Below, piece by piece: positions 10,031 through 24,100 of a stretch of 64,000 nucleotides of DNA. Below the pieces are notes generated by a model that was not told the origin of the DNA, ran no database searches, and saw only the letters and a list, made by a program, of their open reading frames with translations. The position numbers and the translations under genes were made by a program. The stretch comes from Auanema rhodensis (lineage: Eukaryota > Animalia > Nematoda). Numbering within the stretch: position 1 is the first letter of the stretch; each line of letters begins with the position of its first letter. Location: the NCBI GenBank assembly GCA_964057225.1, contig CAXKVF010000073.1, forward strand, positions 372,001-436,000, given 5' to 3'.

Positions 10031-13000
10031 ATGAACCAATATCAATAAAAATTTGTTTTTATACTAATATGGAGATGGGGAATCTGATTTTGAAAACCGC
10101 ATCTCTTTATCTTTCACGTGAAGCGAGTTACATACCAAGTGCACATCACGTGTACATTTAATTAGCATAAATCAAAGTTCACGTAAATTTCAAAGTCATG
10201 GTTACCATGAACCAATATCAATAAAAATTTGTTTTTAGACTAATATGGACATGGGGAATCTAATTTTGAAAACCGCATCTCTTTATCTTTCACGTGAAGC
10301 GAGTTACATACCAAGTGCACATCACGTGTACATTTAATTAGCATAAATCAAAGTTCACGTAAATTTCAAAGTCATGGTTACCATGAACCAATATCAATAA
10401 AAATTTGTTTTAGACTAATATGGACATGGGGAATCTAATTTTGAAAACCGCATCTCTTTATCTTTCACGTGAAGCGAGTTACATACCAAGTGCACATCAC
10501 GTGTACAATTAATTAGCATAAATTAAAGTTCACGTAAATTTCAAAGTCATAGTTACCATGAACCAATATCAATAAAAATTTGTTTTTAGACTAATATGGA
10601 GATGGGGAATCTGATTTTGAAAACCGCATCTCTTTATCTTAAACGTGAAGCGAGTTACATACCAAGTGCACATCACGTGTACATTTAATTAGCATAAATT
10701 AAAGTTCACGTAAATTTCAAAGTCATGGTTACCATGCACCAATATCAATAAAAATTTGTTTTTAGACTAATATGGACATGGGGAATCTAATTTTGAAAAC
10801 CGCATCTCTTTATCTTTCACGTGAAGCGAGTTACATACCAAGTGCACATCACGTGTACATTTAATTAGCATAAATTAAAGTTCACGTAAATTTCAAAGTC
10901 ATGGTTACCATGAACCAATATCAATAAAAATTTGTTTTTAGACTAATATGGACATGGGGAATCTGATTTTGAAAACCGCATCTCTTTATCTTTCACGTGA
11001 AGCGAGTTACATACCAAGTGCACATCACGTGTACATTTAATTAGCATAAATCAAAGTTCACGTAAATTTCAAAGTCATGGTTACCATGAACCAATATCAA
11101 TAAAAATTTGTTTTTAGACTAATATGGACATGGGGAATCTAATTTTGAAAACCGCATCTCTTTATCTTTCACGTGAAGCGAGTTACATACCAAGTGCACA
11201 TCACGTGTACAATTAATTAGCATAAATTAAAGTTCACGTAAATTTCAAAGTCATGGTTACCATGAACCAATATCAATAAAAATTTGTTTTTATACTAATA
11301 TGGAGATGGGGAATCTGATTTTGAAAACCGCATCTCTTTATCTTTCACGTGAAGCGAGTTACATACCAAGTGCACATCACGTGTACATTTAATTAGCATA
11401 AATCAAAGTTCACGTAAATTTCAAAGTCATGGTTACCATGAACCAATATCAATAAAAATTTGTTTTTAGACTAATATGGACATGGGGAATCTAATTTTGA
11501 AAACCGCATCTCTTTATCTTTCACGTGAAGCGAGTTACATACCAAGTGCACATCACGTGTACAATTAATTAGCATAAATTAAAGTTCACGTAAATTTCAA
11601 AGTCATGGTTACCATGAACCAATATCAATAAAAATTAGTTTTTAGACTAATATGGAGATGGGGAATCTGATTTTGAAAACCGCATCTCTTTATCTTTCAC
11701 GTGAAGCGAGTTACATACCAAGTGCACATCACGTGTACATTTAATTAGCATAAATCAAAGTTCACGTAAATTTCAAAGTCATGGTTACCATGAACCAATA
11801 TCAATAAAAATTTGTTTTAGACTAATATGGACATGGGGAATCTAATTTTGAAAACCGCATCTCTTTATCTTTCACGTGAAGCGAGTTACATACCAAGTGC
11901 ACATCACGTGTACAATTAATTAGCATAAATTAAAGTTCACGTAAATTTCAAAGTCATAGTTACCATGAACCAATATCAATAAAAATTTGTTTTTAGACTA
12001 ATATGGAGATGGGGAATCTGATTTTGAAAACCGCATCTCTTTATCTTAAACGTGAAGCGAGTTACATACCAAGTGCACATCACGTGTACATTTAATTAGC
12101 ATAAATTAAAGTTCACGTAAATTTCAAAGTCATGGTTACCATGCACCAATATCAATAAAAATTTGTTTTTAGACTAATATGGACATGGGGAATCTAATTT
12201 TGAAAACCGCATCTCTTTATCTTTCACGTGAAGCGAGTTACATACCAAGTGCACATCACGTGTACATTTAATTAGCATAAATTAAAGTTCACGTAAATTT
12301 CAAAGTCATGGTTACCATGAACCAATATCAATGAAAATTTGTTTTTAGACTAATATGGACATGGGGAATCTAATTTTGAAAACCGCATCTCTTTATCTTT
12401 CACGTGAAGCGAGTTACATACCAAGTGCACATCACGTGTACAATTAATTAGCATAAATTAAAGTTCACGTAAATTTCAAAGTCATGGTTACCATGAACCA
12501 ATATCAATAAAAATTTGTTTTTAGACTAATATGGAGATGGGGAATCTGATTTTGAAAACCGCATCTCTTTATCTTTCACGTGAAGCGAGTTACATACCAA
12601 GTGCACATCACGTGTACATTTAATTAGCATAAATCAAAGTTCACGTAAATTTCAAAGTCATGGTTACCATGAACCAATATCAATAAAAATTTGTTTTTAG
12701 ACTAATATGGACATAAGGAATCTAATTTTGAAAACCGCATCTCTTTATCTTTCACGTGAAGCGAGTTACATACCAAGTGCACATCACGTGTACAATTAAT
12801 TAGCATAAATTAAAGTTCACGTAAATTTCAAAGTCATGGTTACCATGAACCAATATCAATAAAAATTTGTTTTTAGACTAATATGGAGATGGGGAATCTG
12901 ATTTTGAAAACCGCATCTCTTTATCTTAAACGTGAAGCGAGTTACATACCAAGTGCACATCACGTGTACATTTAATTAGCATAAATTAAAGTTCACGTAA

Positions 13001-15132
13001 ATTTCAAAGTCATGGTTACCATGCACCAATATCAATAAAAATTTGTTTTTAGACTAATATGGACATGGGGAATCTAATTTTGAAAACCGCATCTCTTTAT
13101 CTTTCACGTGAAGCGAGTTACATACCAAGTGCACATCACGTGTACATTTAATTAGCATAAATTAAAGTTCACGTAAATTTCAAAGTCATGGTTACCATGA
13201 ACCAATATCAATAAAAATTTGTTTTTAGACTAATATGGACATGGGGAATCTAATTTTAAAAACCGCATCTCTTTATCTTTCACGTGAAGCGAGTTACATA
13301 CCAAGTGCACATCACGTGTACATTTAATTAGCATAAATTAAAGTTCACGTAAATTTCAAAGTCATGGTTACCATGCACCAATATCAATAAAAATTTGTTT
13401 TCAGACTAATATGGACATGGGGAATCTAATTTTGAAAACCGCATCTCTTTATCTTTCACGTGAAGCGAGTTACATACCAAGTGCACATCACGTGTACATT
13501 TAATTAGCATAAATTAAAGTTCACGTAAATTTCAAAGTCATGGTTACCATGAACCAATATCAATAAAAATTTGTTTTTAGACTAATATGGACATGGGGAA
13601 TCTAATTTTGAAAACCGCATCTCTTTATCTTTCACGTGAAGCGAGTTACATACCAAGTGCACATCACGTGTACATTTAATTAGCATAAATTAAAGTTCAC
13701 GTAAATTTCAAAGTCATGGTTACCATGAACCAATATCAATAAAAATTTGTTTTTAGACTAATATGGACATGGGGAATCTAATTTTGAAAACCGCATCTCT
13801 TTATCTTTCACGTGAAGCGAGTTACATACCAAGTGCACATCACGTGTACATTTAATTAGCATAAATTAAAGTTCACGTAAATTTCAAAGTCATGGTTACC
13901 ATGCACCAATATCAATAAAAATTTGTTTTTAGACTAATATGGACATGGGGAATCTAATTTTGAAAACCGCATCTCTTTATCTTTCACGTGAAGCGAGTTA
14001 CATACCAAGTGCACATCACGTGTACATTTAATTAGCATAAATTAAAGTTCACGTAAATTTCAAAGTCATGGTTACCATGAACCAATATCAATAAAAATTT
14101 GTTTTTAGACTAATATGGACATGGGGAATCTAATTTTGAAAACCGCATCTCTTTATCTTTCACGTGAAGCGAGTTACATACCAAGTGCACATCACGTGTA
14201 CAATTAATTAGCATAAATTAAAGTTCACGTAAATTTCAAAGTCATGGTTACCATGAACCAATATCAATAAAAATTTGTTTTTAGACTAATATGGAGATGG
14301 GGAATCTGATTTTGAAAACCGCATCTCTTTATCGTTCACGTGAAGCGAGTTACATACCAAGTGCACATCACGTGTACATTTAATTAGCATAAATTAAAGT
14401 TCACGTAAATTTCAAAGTCATGGTTACCATGAACCAATATCAATAAAAATTTGTTGTTAGACTAATATGGACATGGGGAATCTAATTTTGAAAACCGCAT
14501 CTCTTTATCTTTCACGTGAAGCGAGTTACATACTAAGTGCACATCACGTGTACATTTAATTAGCATAAATTAAAGTTCACGTAAATTTCAAAGTCATGGT
14601 TACCATGCACCAATATCAATAAAAATTTGTTTTTAGACTAATATGGACATGGGGAATCTAATTTTGAAAACCGCATCTCTTTATCTTTCACGTGAAGCGA
14701 GTTACATACCAAGTGCACATCACGTGTACATTTAATTAGCATAAATTAAAGTTCACGTAAATTTCAAAGTCATGGTTACCATGCACCAATATCAATAAAA
14801 ATTTGTTTTTAGACTAATATGGACATGGGGAATCTGATTTTGAAAACCGCATCTCTTTATCGTTCACGTGAAGCGAGTTACATACCAAGTGCACATCACG
14901 TGTACATTTAATTAGCATAAATTAAAGTTCACGTAAATTTCAAAGTCATGGTTACCATGCACCAATATCAATAAAAATTTGTTTTTAGACTAATATGGAC
15001 ATGGGGAATCTAATTTTGAAAACCGCATCTCTTTATCTTTCACGTGAAGCGAGTTACATACCAAGTGCACATCACGTGTACATTTAATTAGCATAAATTA
15101 AAGTTCACGTAAATTTCAAAGTCATGGTTACC

Positions 15133-18100
15133 ATGCACCAATATCAATAAAAATTTGTTTTTAGACTAATATGGACATGGGGAATCTGATTTTGAAAACC
15201 GCATCTCTTTATCGTTCACGTGAAGCGAGTTACATACCAAGTGCACATCACGTGTACACTTAATTAGCATAAATTAAAGTTCACGTAAATTTCAAAGTCA
15301 TGGTTACCATGAACCAATATCAATAAAAATTTGTTTTTAGACTAATATGGACATGGGGAATCTAATTTTGAAAACCGCATCTCTTTATCTTTCACGTGAA
15401 GCGAGTTACATACCAAGTGCACATCACGTGTACAATTAATTAGCATAAATTAAAGTTCACGTAAATTTCAAAGTCATGGTTACCATGAACCAATATCAAT
15501 AAAAATTTGTTTTTAGACTAATATGGACATGGGGAATCTAATTTTGAAAACCGCATCTCTTTATCTTTCACGTGAAGCGAGTTACATACCAAGTGCACAT
15601 CACGTGTACATTTAATTAGCATAAATTAAAGTTCACGTAAATTTCAAAGTCATGGTTACCATGCACCAATATCAATAAAAATTTGTTTTTAGACTAATAT
15701 GGACATGGGGAATCTAATTTTGAAAACCGCATCTCTTTATCTTTCACGTGAAGCGAGTTACATACCAAGTGCACATCACGTGTACATTTAATTAGCATAA
15801 ATTAAAGTTCACGTAAATTTCAAAGTCATGGTTACCATGAACCAATATCAATAAAAATTTGTTTTTAGACTAATATGGAGATGGGGAATCTGATTTTGAA
15901 AACCGCATCTCTTTATCTTTCACGTGAAGCGAGTTACATACCAAGTGCACATCACGTGTACATTTAATTAGCATAAATCAAAGTTCACGTAAATTTCAAA
16001 GTCATGGTTACCATGAACCAATATCAATAAAAATTTGTTTTTAGACTAATATGGACATAAGGAATCTAATTTTGAAAACCGCATCTCTTTATCTTTCACG
16101 TGAAGCGAGTTACATACCAAGTGCACATCACGTGTACAATTAATTAGCATAAATTAAAGTTCACGTAAATTTCAAAGTCATGGTTACCATGAACCAATAT
16201 CAATAAAAATTTGTTTTTAGACTAATATGGAGATGGGGAATCTGATTTTGAAAACCGCATCTCTTTATCTTAAACGTGAAGCGAGTTACATACCAAGTGC
16301 ACATCACGTGTACATTTAATTAGCATAAATTAAAGTTCACGTAAATTTCAAAGTCATGGTTACCATGCACCAATATCAATAAAAATTTGTTTTTAGACTA
16401 ATATGGACATGGGGAATCTAATTTTGAAAACCGCATCTCTTTATCTTTCACGTGAAGCGAGTTACATACCAAGTGCACATCACGTGTACATTTAATTAGC
16501 ATAAATTAAAGTTCACGTAAATTTCAAAGTCATGGTTACCATGAACCAATATCAATAAAAATTTGTTTTTAGACTAATATGGACATGGGGAATCTAATTT
16601 TAAAAACCGCATCTCTTTATCTTTCACGTGAAGCGAGTTACATACCAAGTGCACATCACGTGTACATTTAATTAGCATAAATTAAAGTTCACGTAAATTT
16701 CAAAGTCATGGTTACCATGCACCAATATCAATAAAAATTTGTTTTCAGACTAATATGGACATGGGGAATCTAATTTTGAAAACCGCATCTCTTTATCTTT
16801 CACGTGAAGCGAGTTACATACCAAGTGCACATCACGTGTACATTTAATTAGCATAAATTAAAGTTCACGTAAATTTCAAAGTCATGGTTACCATGAACCA
16901 ATATCAATAAAAATTTGTTTTTAGACTAATATGGACATGGGGAATCTAATTTTGAAAACCGCATCTCTTTATCTTTCACGTGAAGCGAGTTACATACCAA
17001 GTGCACATCACGTGTTAAATTAATTAGCATAAATTAAAGTTCACGTAAATTTCAAAGTCATGGTTACCATGAACCAATATCAATAAAAATTTGTTTTCAG
17101 ACTAATATGGACATGGGGAATCTAATTTTGAAAACCGCATCTCTTTATCTTTCACGTGAAGCGAGTTACATACCAAGTGCACATCACGTGTACATTTAAT
17201 TAGCATAAATTAAAGTTCACGTAAATTTCAAAGTCATGGTTACCATGAACCAATATCAATAAAAATTTGTTTTTAGACTAATATGGACATGGGGAATCTA
17301 ATTTTGAAAACCGCATCTCTTTATCTTTCACGTGAAGCGAGTTACATACCAAGTGCACATCACGTGTACATTTAATTAGCATAAATTAAAGTTCACGTAA
17401 ATTTCAAAGTCATGGTTACCATGAACCAATATCAATAAAAATTTGTTTTTAGACTAATATGGACATGGGGAATCTAATTTTGAAAACCGCATCTCTTTAT
17501 CTTTCACGTGAAGCGAGTTACATACCAAGTGCACATCACGTGTACATTTAATTAGCATAAATTAAAGTTCACGTAAATTTCAAAGTCATGGTTACCATGC
17601 ACCAATATCAATAAAAATTTGTTTTTAGACTAATATGGACATGGGGAATCTAATTTTGAAAACCGCATCTCTTTATCTTTCACGTGAAGCGAGTTACATA
17701 CCAAGTGCACATCACGTGTACATTTAATTAGCATAAATTAAAGTTCACGTAAATTTCAAAGTCATGGTTACCATGAACCAATATCAATAAAAATTTGTTT
17801 TTAGACTAATATGGACATGGGGAATCTGATTTTGAAAACCGCATCTCTTTATCGTTCACGTGAAGCGAGTTACATACCAAGTGCACATCACGTGTACACT
17901 TAATTAGCATAAATTAAAGTTCACGTAAATTTCAAAGTCATGGTTACCATGAACCAATATCAATAAAAATTTGTTTTTAGACTAATATGGACATGGGGAA
18001 TCTAATTTTGAAAACCGCATCTCTTTATCTTTCACGTGAAGCGAGTTACATACCAAGTGCACATCACGTGTACAATTAATTAGCATAAATTAAAGTTCAC

Positions 18101-21100
18101 GTAAATTTCAAAGTCATGGTTACCATGAACCAATATCAATAAAAATTTGTTTTTAGACTAATATGGACATGGGGAATCTAATTTTGAAAACCGCATCTCT
18201 TTATCTTTCACGTGAAGCGAGTTACATACCAAGTGCACATCACGTGTACATTTAATTAGCATAAATTAAAGTTCACGTAAATTTCAAAGTCATGGTTACC
18301 ATGCACCAATATCAATAAAAATTTGTTTTTAGACTAATATGGACATGGGGAATCTAATTTTGAAAACCGCATCTCTTTATCTTTCACGTGAAGCGAGTTA
18401 CATACCAAGTGCACATCACGTGTACATTTAATTAGCATAAATTAAAGTTCACGTAAATTTCAAAGTCATGGTTACCATGAACCAATATCAATAAAAATTT
18501 GTTTTTAGACTAATATGGAGATGGGGAATCTGATTTTGAAAACCGCATCTCTTTATCTTTCACGTGAAGCGAGTTACATACCAAGTGCACATCACGTGTA
18601 CATTTAATTAGCATAAATCAAAGTTCACGTAAATTTCAAAGTCAAGGTTACCATGAACCAATATCAATAAAAATTTGTTTTTAGACTAATATGGACATAA
18701 GGAATCTAATTTTGAAAACCGCATCTCTTTATCTTTCACGTGAAGCGAGTTACATACCAAGTGCACATCACGTGTACAATTAATTAGCATAAATTAAAGT
18801 TCACGTAAATTTCAAAGTCATGGTTACCATGAACCAATATCAATAAAAATTTGTTTTTAGACTAATATGGAGATGGGGAATCTGATTTTGAAAACCGCAT
18901 CTCTTTATCTTAAACGTGAAGCGAGTTACATACCAAGTGCACATCACGTGTACATTTAATTAGCATAAATTAAAGTTCACGTAAATTTCAAAGTCATGGT
19001 TACCATGCACCAATATCAATAAAAATTTGTTTTTAGACTAATATGGACATGGGGAATCTAATTTTGAAAACCGCATCTCTTTATCTTTCACGTGAAGCGA
19101 GTTACATACCAAGTGCACATCACGTGTACATTTAATTAGCATAAATCAAAGTTCACGTAAATTTCAAAGTCATGGTTACCATGAACCAATATCAATAAAA
19201 ATTTGTTTTTAGACTAATATGGAGATGGGGAATCTGATTTTGAAAACCGCATCTCTTTATCTTTCACGTGAAGCGAGTTACATACCAAGTGCACATCACG
19301 TGTACATTTAATTAGCATAAATCAAAGTTCACGTAAATTTCAAAGTCATGGTTACCATGAACCAATATCAATAAAAATTTGTTTTTAGACTAATATGGAC
19401 ATAAGGAATCTAATTTTGAAAACCGCATCTCTTTATCTTTCACGTGAAGCGAGTTACATACCAAGTGCACATCACGTGTACAATTAATTAGCATAAATTA
19501 AAGTTCACGTAAATTTCAAAGTCATGGTTACCATGAACCAATATCAATAAAAATTTGTTTTTAGACTAATATGGAGATGGGGAATCTGATTTTGAAAACC
19601 GCATCTCTTTATCTTAAACGTGAAGCGAGTTACATACCAAGTGCACATCACGTGTACATTTAATTAGCATAAATTAAAGTTCACGTAAATTTCAAAGTCA
19701 TGGTTACCATGCACCAATATCAATAAAAATTTGTTTTTAGACTAATATGGACATGGGGAATCTAATTTTGAAAACCGCATCTCTTTATCTTTCACGTGAA
19801 GCGAGTTACATACCAAGTGCACATCACGTGTACATTTAATTAGCATAAATTAAAGTTCACGTAAATTTCAAAGTCATGGTTACCATGAACCAATATCAAT
19901 AAAAATTTGTTTTTAGACTAATATGGACATGGGGAATCTAATTTTAAAAACCGCATCTCTTTATCTTTCACGTGAAGCGAGTTACATACCAAGTGCACAT
20001 CACGTGTACATTTAATTAGCATAAATTAAAGTTCACGTAAATTTCAAAGTCATGGTTACCATGCACCAATATCAATAAAAATTTGTTTTCAGACTAATAT
20101 GGACATGGGGAATCTAATTTTGAAAACCGCATCTCTTTATCTTTCACGTGAAGCGAGTTACATACCAAGTGCACATCACGTGTACATTTAATTAGCATAA
20201 ATTAAAGTTCACGTAATTTTCAAAGTCATGGTTACCATGAACCAATATCAATAAAAATTTGTTTTTAGACTAATATGGACATGGGGAATCTAATTTTGAA
20301 AACCGCATCTCTTTATCTTTCACGTGAAGCGAGTTACATACCAAGTGCACATCACGTGTACAATTAATTAGCATAAATTAAAGTTCACGTAAATTTCAAA
20401 GTCATGGTTACCATGAACCAATATCAATAAAAATTTGTTTTCAGACTAATATGGACATGGGGAATCTAATTTTGAAAACCGCATCTCTTTATCTTTCACG
20501 TGAAGCGAGTTACATACCAAGTGCACATCACGTGTACATTTAATTAGCATAAATTAAAGTTCACGTAAATTTCAAAGTCATGGTTACCATGAACCAATAT
20601 CAATAAAAATTTGTTTTTAGACTAATATGGACATGGGGAATCTAATTTTGAAAACCGCATCTCTTTATCTTTCACGTGAAGCGAGTTACATACCAAGTGC
20701 ACATCACGTGTACATTTAATTAGCATAAATTAAAGTTCACGTAAATTTCAAAGTCATGGTTACCATGAACCAATATCAATAAAAATTTGTTTTTAGACTA
20801 ATATGGACATGGGGAATCTAATTTTGAAAACCGCATCTCTTTATCTTTCACGTGAAGCGAGTTACATACCAAGTGCACATCACGTGTACATTTAATTAGC
20901 ATAAATTAAAGTTCACGTAAATTTCAAAGTCATGGTTACCATGCACCAATATCAATAAAAATTTGTTTTTAGACTAATATGGACATGGGGAATCTAATTT
21001 TGAAAACCGCATCTCTTTATCTTTCACGTGAAGCGAGTTACATACCAAGTGCACATCACGTGTACATTTAATTAGCATAAATTAAAGTTCACGTAAATTT

Positions 21101-24100
21101 CAAAGTCATGGTTACCATGAACCAATATCAATAAAAATTTGTTTTTAGACTAATATGGACATGGGGAATCTAATTTTGAAAACCGCATCTCTTTATCTTT
21201 CACGTGAAGCGAGTTACATACCAAGTGCACATCACGTGTACATTTAATTAGCATAAATTAAAGTTCACGTAAATTTCAAAGTCATGGTTACCATGCACCA
21301 ATATCAATAAAAATTTGTTTTTAGACTAATATGGACATGGGGAATCTAATTTTGAAAACCGCATCTCTTTATCTTTCACGTGAAGCGAGTTACATACCAA
21401 GTGCACATCACGTGTACATTTAATTAGCATAAATTAAAGTTCACGTAAATTTCAAAGTCATGGTTACCATGAACCAATATCAATAAAAATTTGTTTTTAG
21501 ACTAATATGGACATGGGGAATCTAATTTTGAAAACCGCATCTCTTTATCTTTCACGTGAAGCGAGTTACATACCAAGTGCACATCACGTGTACATTTAAT
21601 TAGCATAAATTAAAGTTCACGTAAATTTCAAAGTCATGGTTACCATGCACCAATATCAATAAAAATTTGTTTTTAGACTAATATGGACATGGGGAATCTA
21701 ATTTTGAAAACCGCATCTCTTTATCTTTCACGTGAAGCGAGTTACATACCAAGTGCACATCACGTGTACATTTAATTAGCATAAATTAAAGTTCACGTAA
21801 ATTTCAAAGTCATGGTTACCATGAACCAATATCAATAAAAATTTGTTTTTAGACTAATATGGAGATGGGGAATCTGATTTTGAAAACCGCATCTCTTTAT
21901 CTTTCACGTGAAGCGAGTTACATACCAAGTGCACATCACGTGTACATTTAATTAGCATAAATCAAAGTTCACGTAAATTTCAAAGTCATGGTTACCATGA
22001 ACCAATATCAATAAAAATTTGTTTTTAGACTAATATGGACATAAGGAATCTAATTTTGAAAACCGCATCTCTTTATCTTTCACGTGAAGCGAGTTACATA
22101 CCAAGTGCACATCACGTGTACAATTAATTAGCATAAATTAAAGTTCACGTAAATTTCAAAGTCATGGTTACCATGAACCAATATCAATAAAAATTTGTTT
22201 TTAGACTAATATGGAGATGGGGAATCTGATTTTGAAAACCGCATCTCTTTATCTTAAACGTGAAGCGAGTTACATACCAAGTGCACATCACGTGTACATT
22301 TAATTAGCATAAATTAAAGTTCACGTAAATTTCAAAGTCATGGTTACCATGCACCAATATCAATAAAAATTTGTTTTTAGACTAATATGGACATGGGGAA
22401 TCTAATTTTGAAAACCGCATCTCTTTATCTTTCACGTGAAGCGAGTTACATACCAAGTGCACATCACGTGTACATTTAATTAGCATAAATTAAAGTTCAC
22501 GTAAATTTCAAAGTCATGGTTACCATGAACCAATATCAATAAAAATTTGTTTTTAGACTAATATGGACATGGGGAATCTAATTTTAAAAACCGCATCTCT
22601 TTATCTTTCACGTGAAGCGAGTTACATACCAAGTGCACATCACGTGTACATTTAATTAGCATAAATTAAAGTTCACGTAAATTTCAAAGTCATGGTTACC
22701 ATGCACCAATATCAATAAAAATTTGTTTTCAGACTAATATGGACATGGGGAATCTAATTTTGAAAACCGCATCTCTTTATCTTTCACGTGAAGCGAGTTA
22801 CATACCAAGTGCACATCACGTGTACATTTAATTAGCATAAATTAAAGTTCACGTAAATTTCAAAGTCATGGTTACCATGAACCAATATCAATAAAAATTT
22901 GTTTTTAGACTAATATGGACATGGGGAATCTAATTTTGAAAACCGCATCTCTTTATCTTTCACGTGAAGCGAGTTACATACCAAGTGCACATCACGTGTT
23001 AAATTAATTAGCATAAATTAAAGTTCACGTAAATTTCAAAGTCATGGTTACCATGAACCAATATCAATAAAAATTTGTTTTCAGACTAATATGGACATGG
23101 GGAATCTAATTTTGAAAACCGCATCTCTTTATCTTTCACGTGAAGCGAGTTACATACCAAGTGCACATCACGTGTACATTTAATTAGCATAAATTAAAGT
23201 TCACGTAAATTTCAAAGTCATGGTTACCATGAACCAATATCAATAAAAATTTGTTTTTAGACTAATATGGACATGGGGAATCTAATTTTGAAAACCGCAT
23301 CTCTTTATCTTTCACGTGAAGCGAGTTACATACCAAGTGCACATCACGTGTACATTTAATTAGCATAAATTAAAGTTCACGTAAATTTCAAAGTCATGGT
23401 TACCATGAACCAATATCAATAAAAATTTGTTTTTAGACTAATATGGACATGGGGAATCTAATTTTGAAAACCGCATCTCTTTATCTTTCACGTGAAGCGA
23501 GTTACATACCAAGTGCACATCACGTGTACATTTAATTAGCATAAATTAAAGTTCACGTAAATTTCAAAGTCATGGTTACCATGCACCAATATCAATAAAA
23601 ATTTGTTTTTAGACTAATATGGACATGGGGAATCTAATTTTGAAAACCGCATCTCTTTATCTTTCACGTGAAGCGAGTTACATACCAAGTGCACATCACG
23701 TGTACATTTAATTAGCATAAATTAAAGTTCACGTAAATTTCAAAGTCATGGTTACCATGAACCAATATCAATAAAAATTTGTTTTTAGACTAATATGGAC
23801 ATGGGGAATCTAATTTTGAAAACCGCATCTCTTTATCTTTCACGTGAAGCGAGTTACATACCAAGTGCACATCACGTGTACATTTAATTAGCATAAATTA
23901 AAGTTCACGTAAATTTCAAAGTCATGGTTACCATGAACCAATATCAATAAAAATTTGTTTTTAGACTAATATGGACATGGGGAATCTAATTTTGAAAACC
24001 GCATCTCTTTATCTTTCACGTGAAGCGAGTTACATACCAAGTGCACATCACGTGTACATTTAATTAGCATAAATTAAAGTTCACGTAAATTTCAAAGTCA

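Larger units (their letters stand above)
1057..14428. repeat. ~7.9-8.1 kb period block duplication (m7-36 vs m53-82)
   Basis: Deletion monomers m15/m23 match m60/m68. G17 is at 4415 and 12333, and A62 is at 5340 and 13258 (offset 7918 bp = 45 monomers). The offset becomes 46 monomers on the flanks. Confidence 0.85.
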
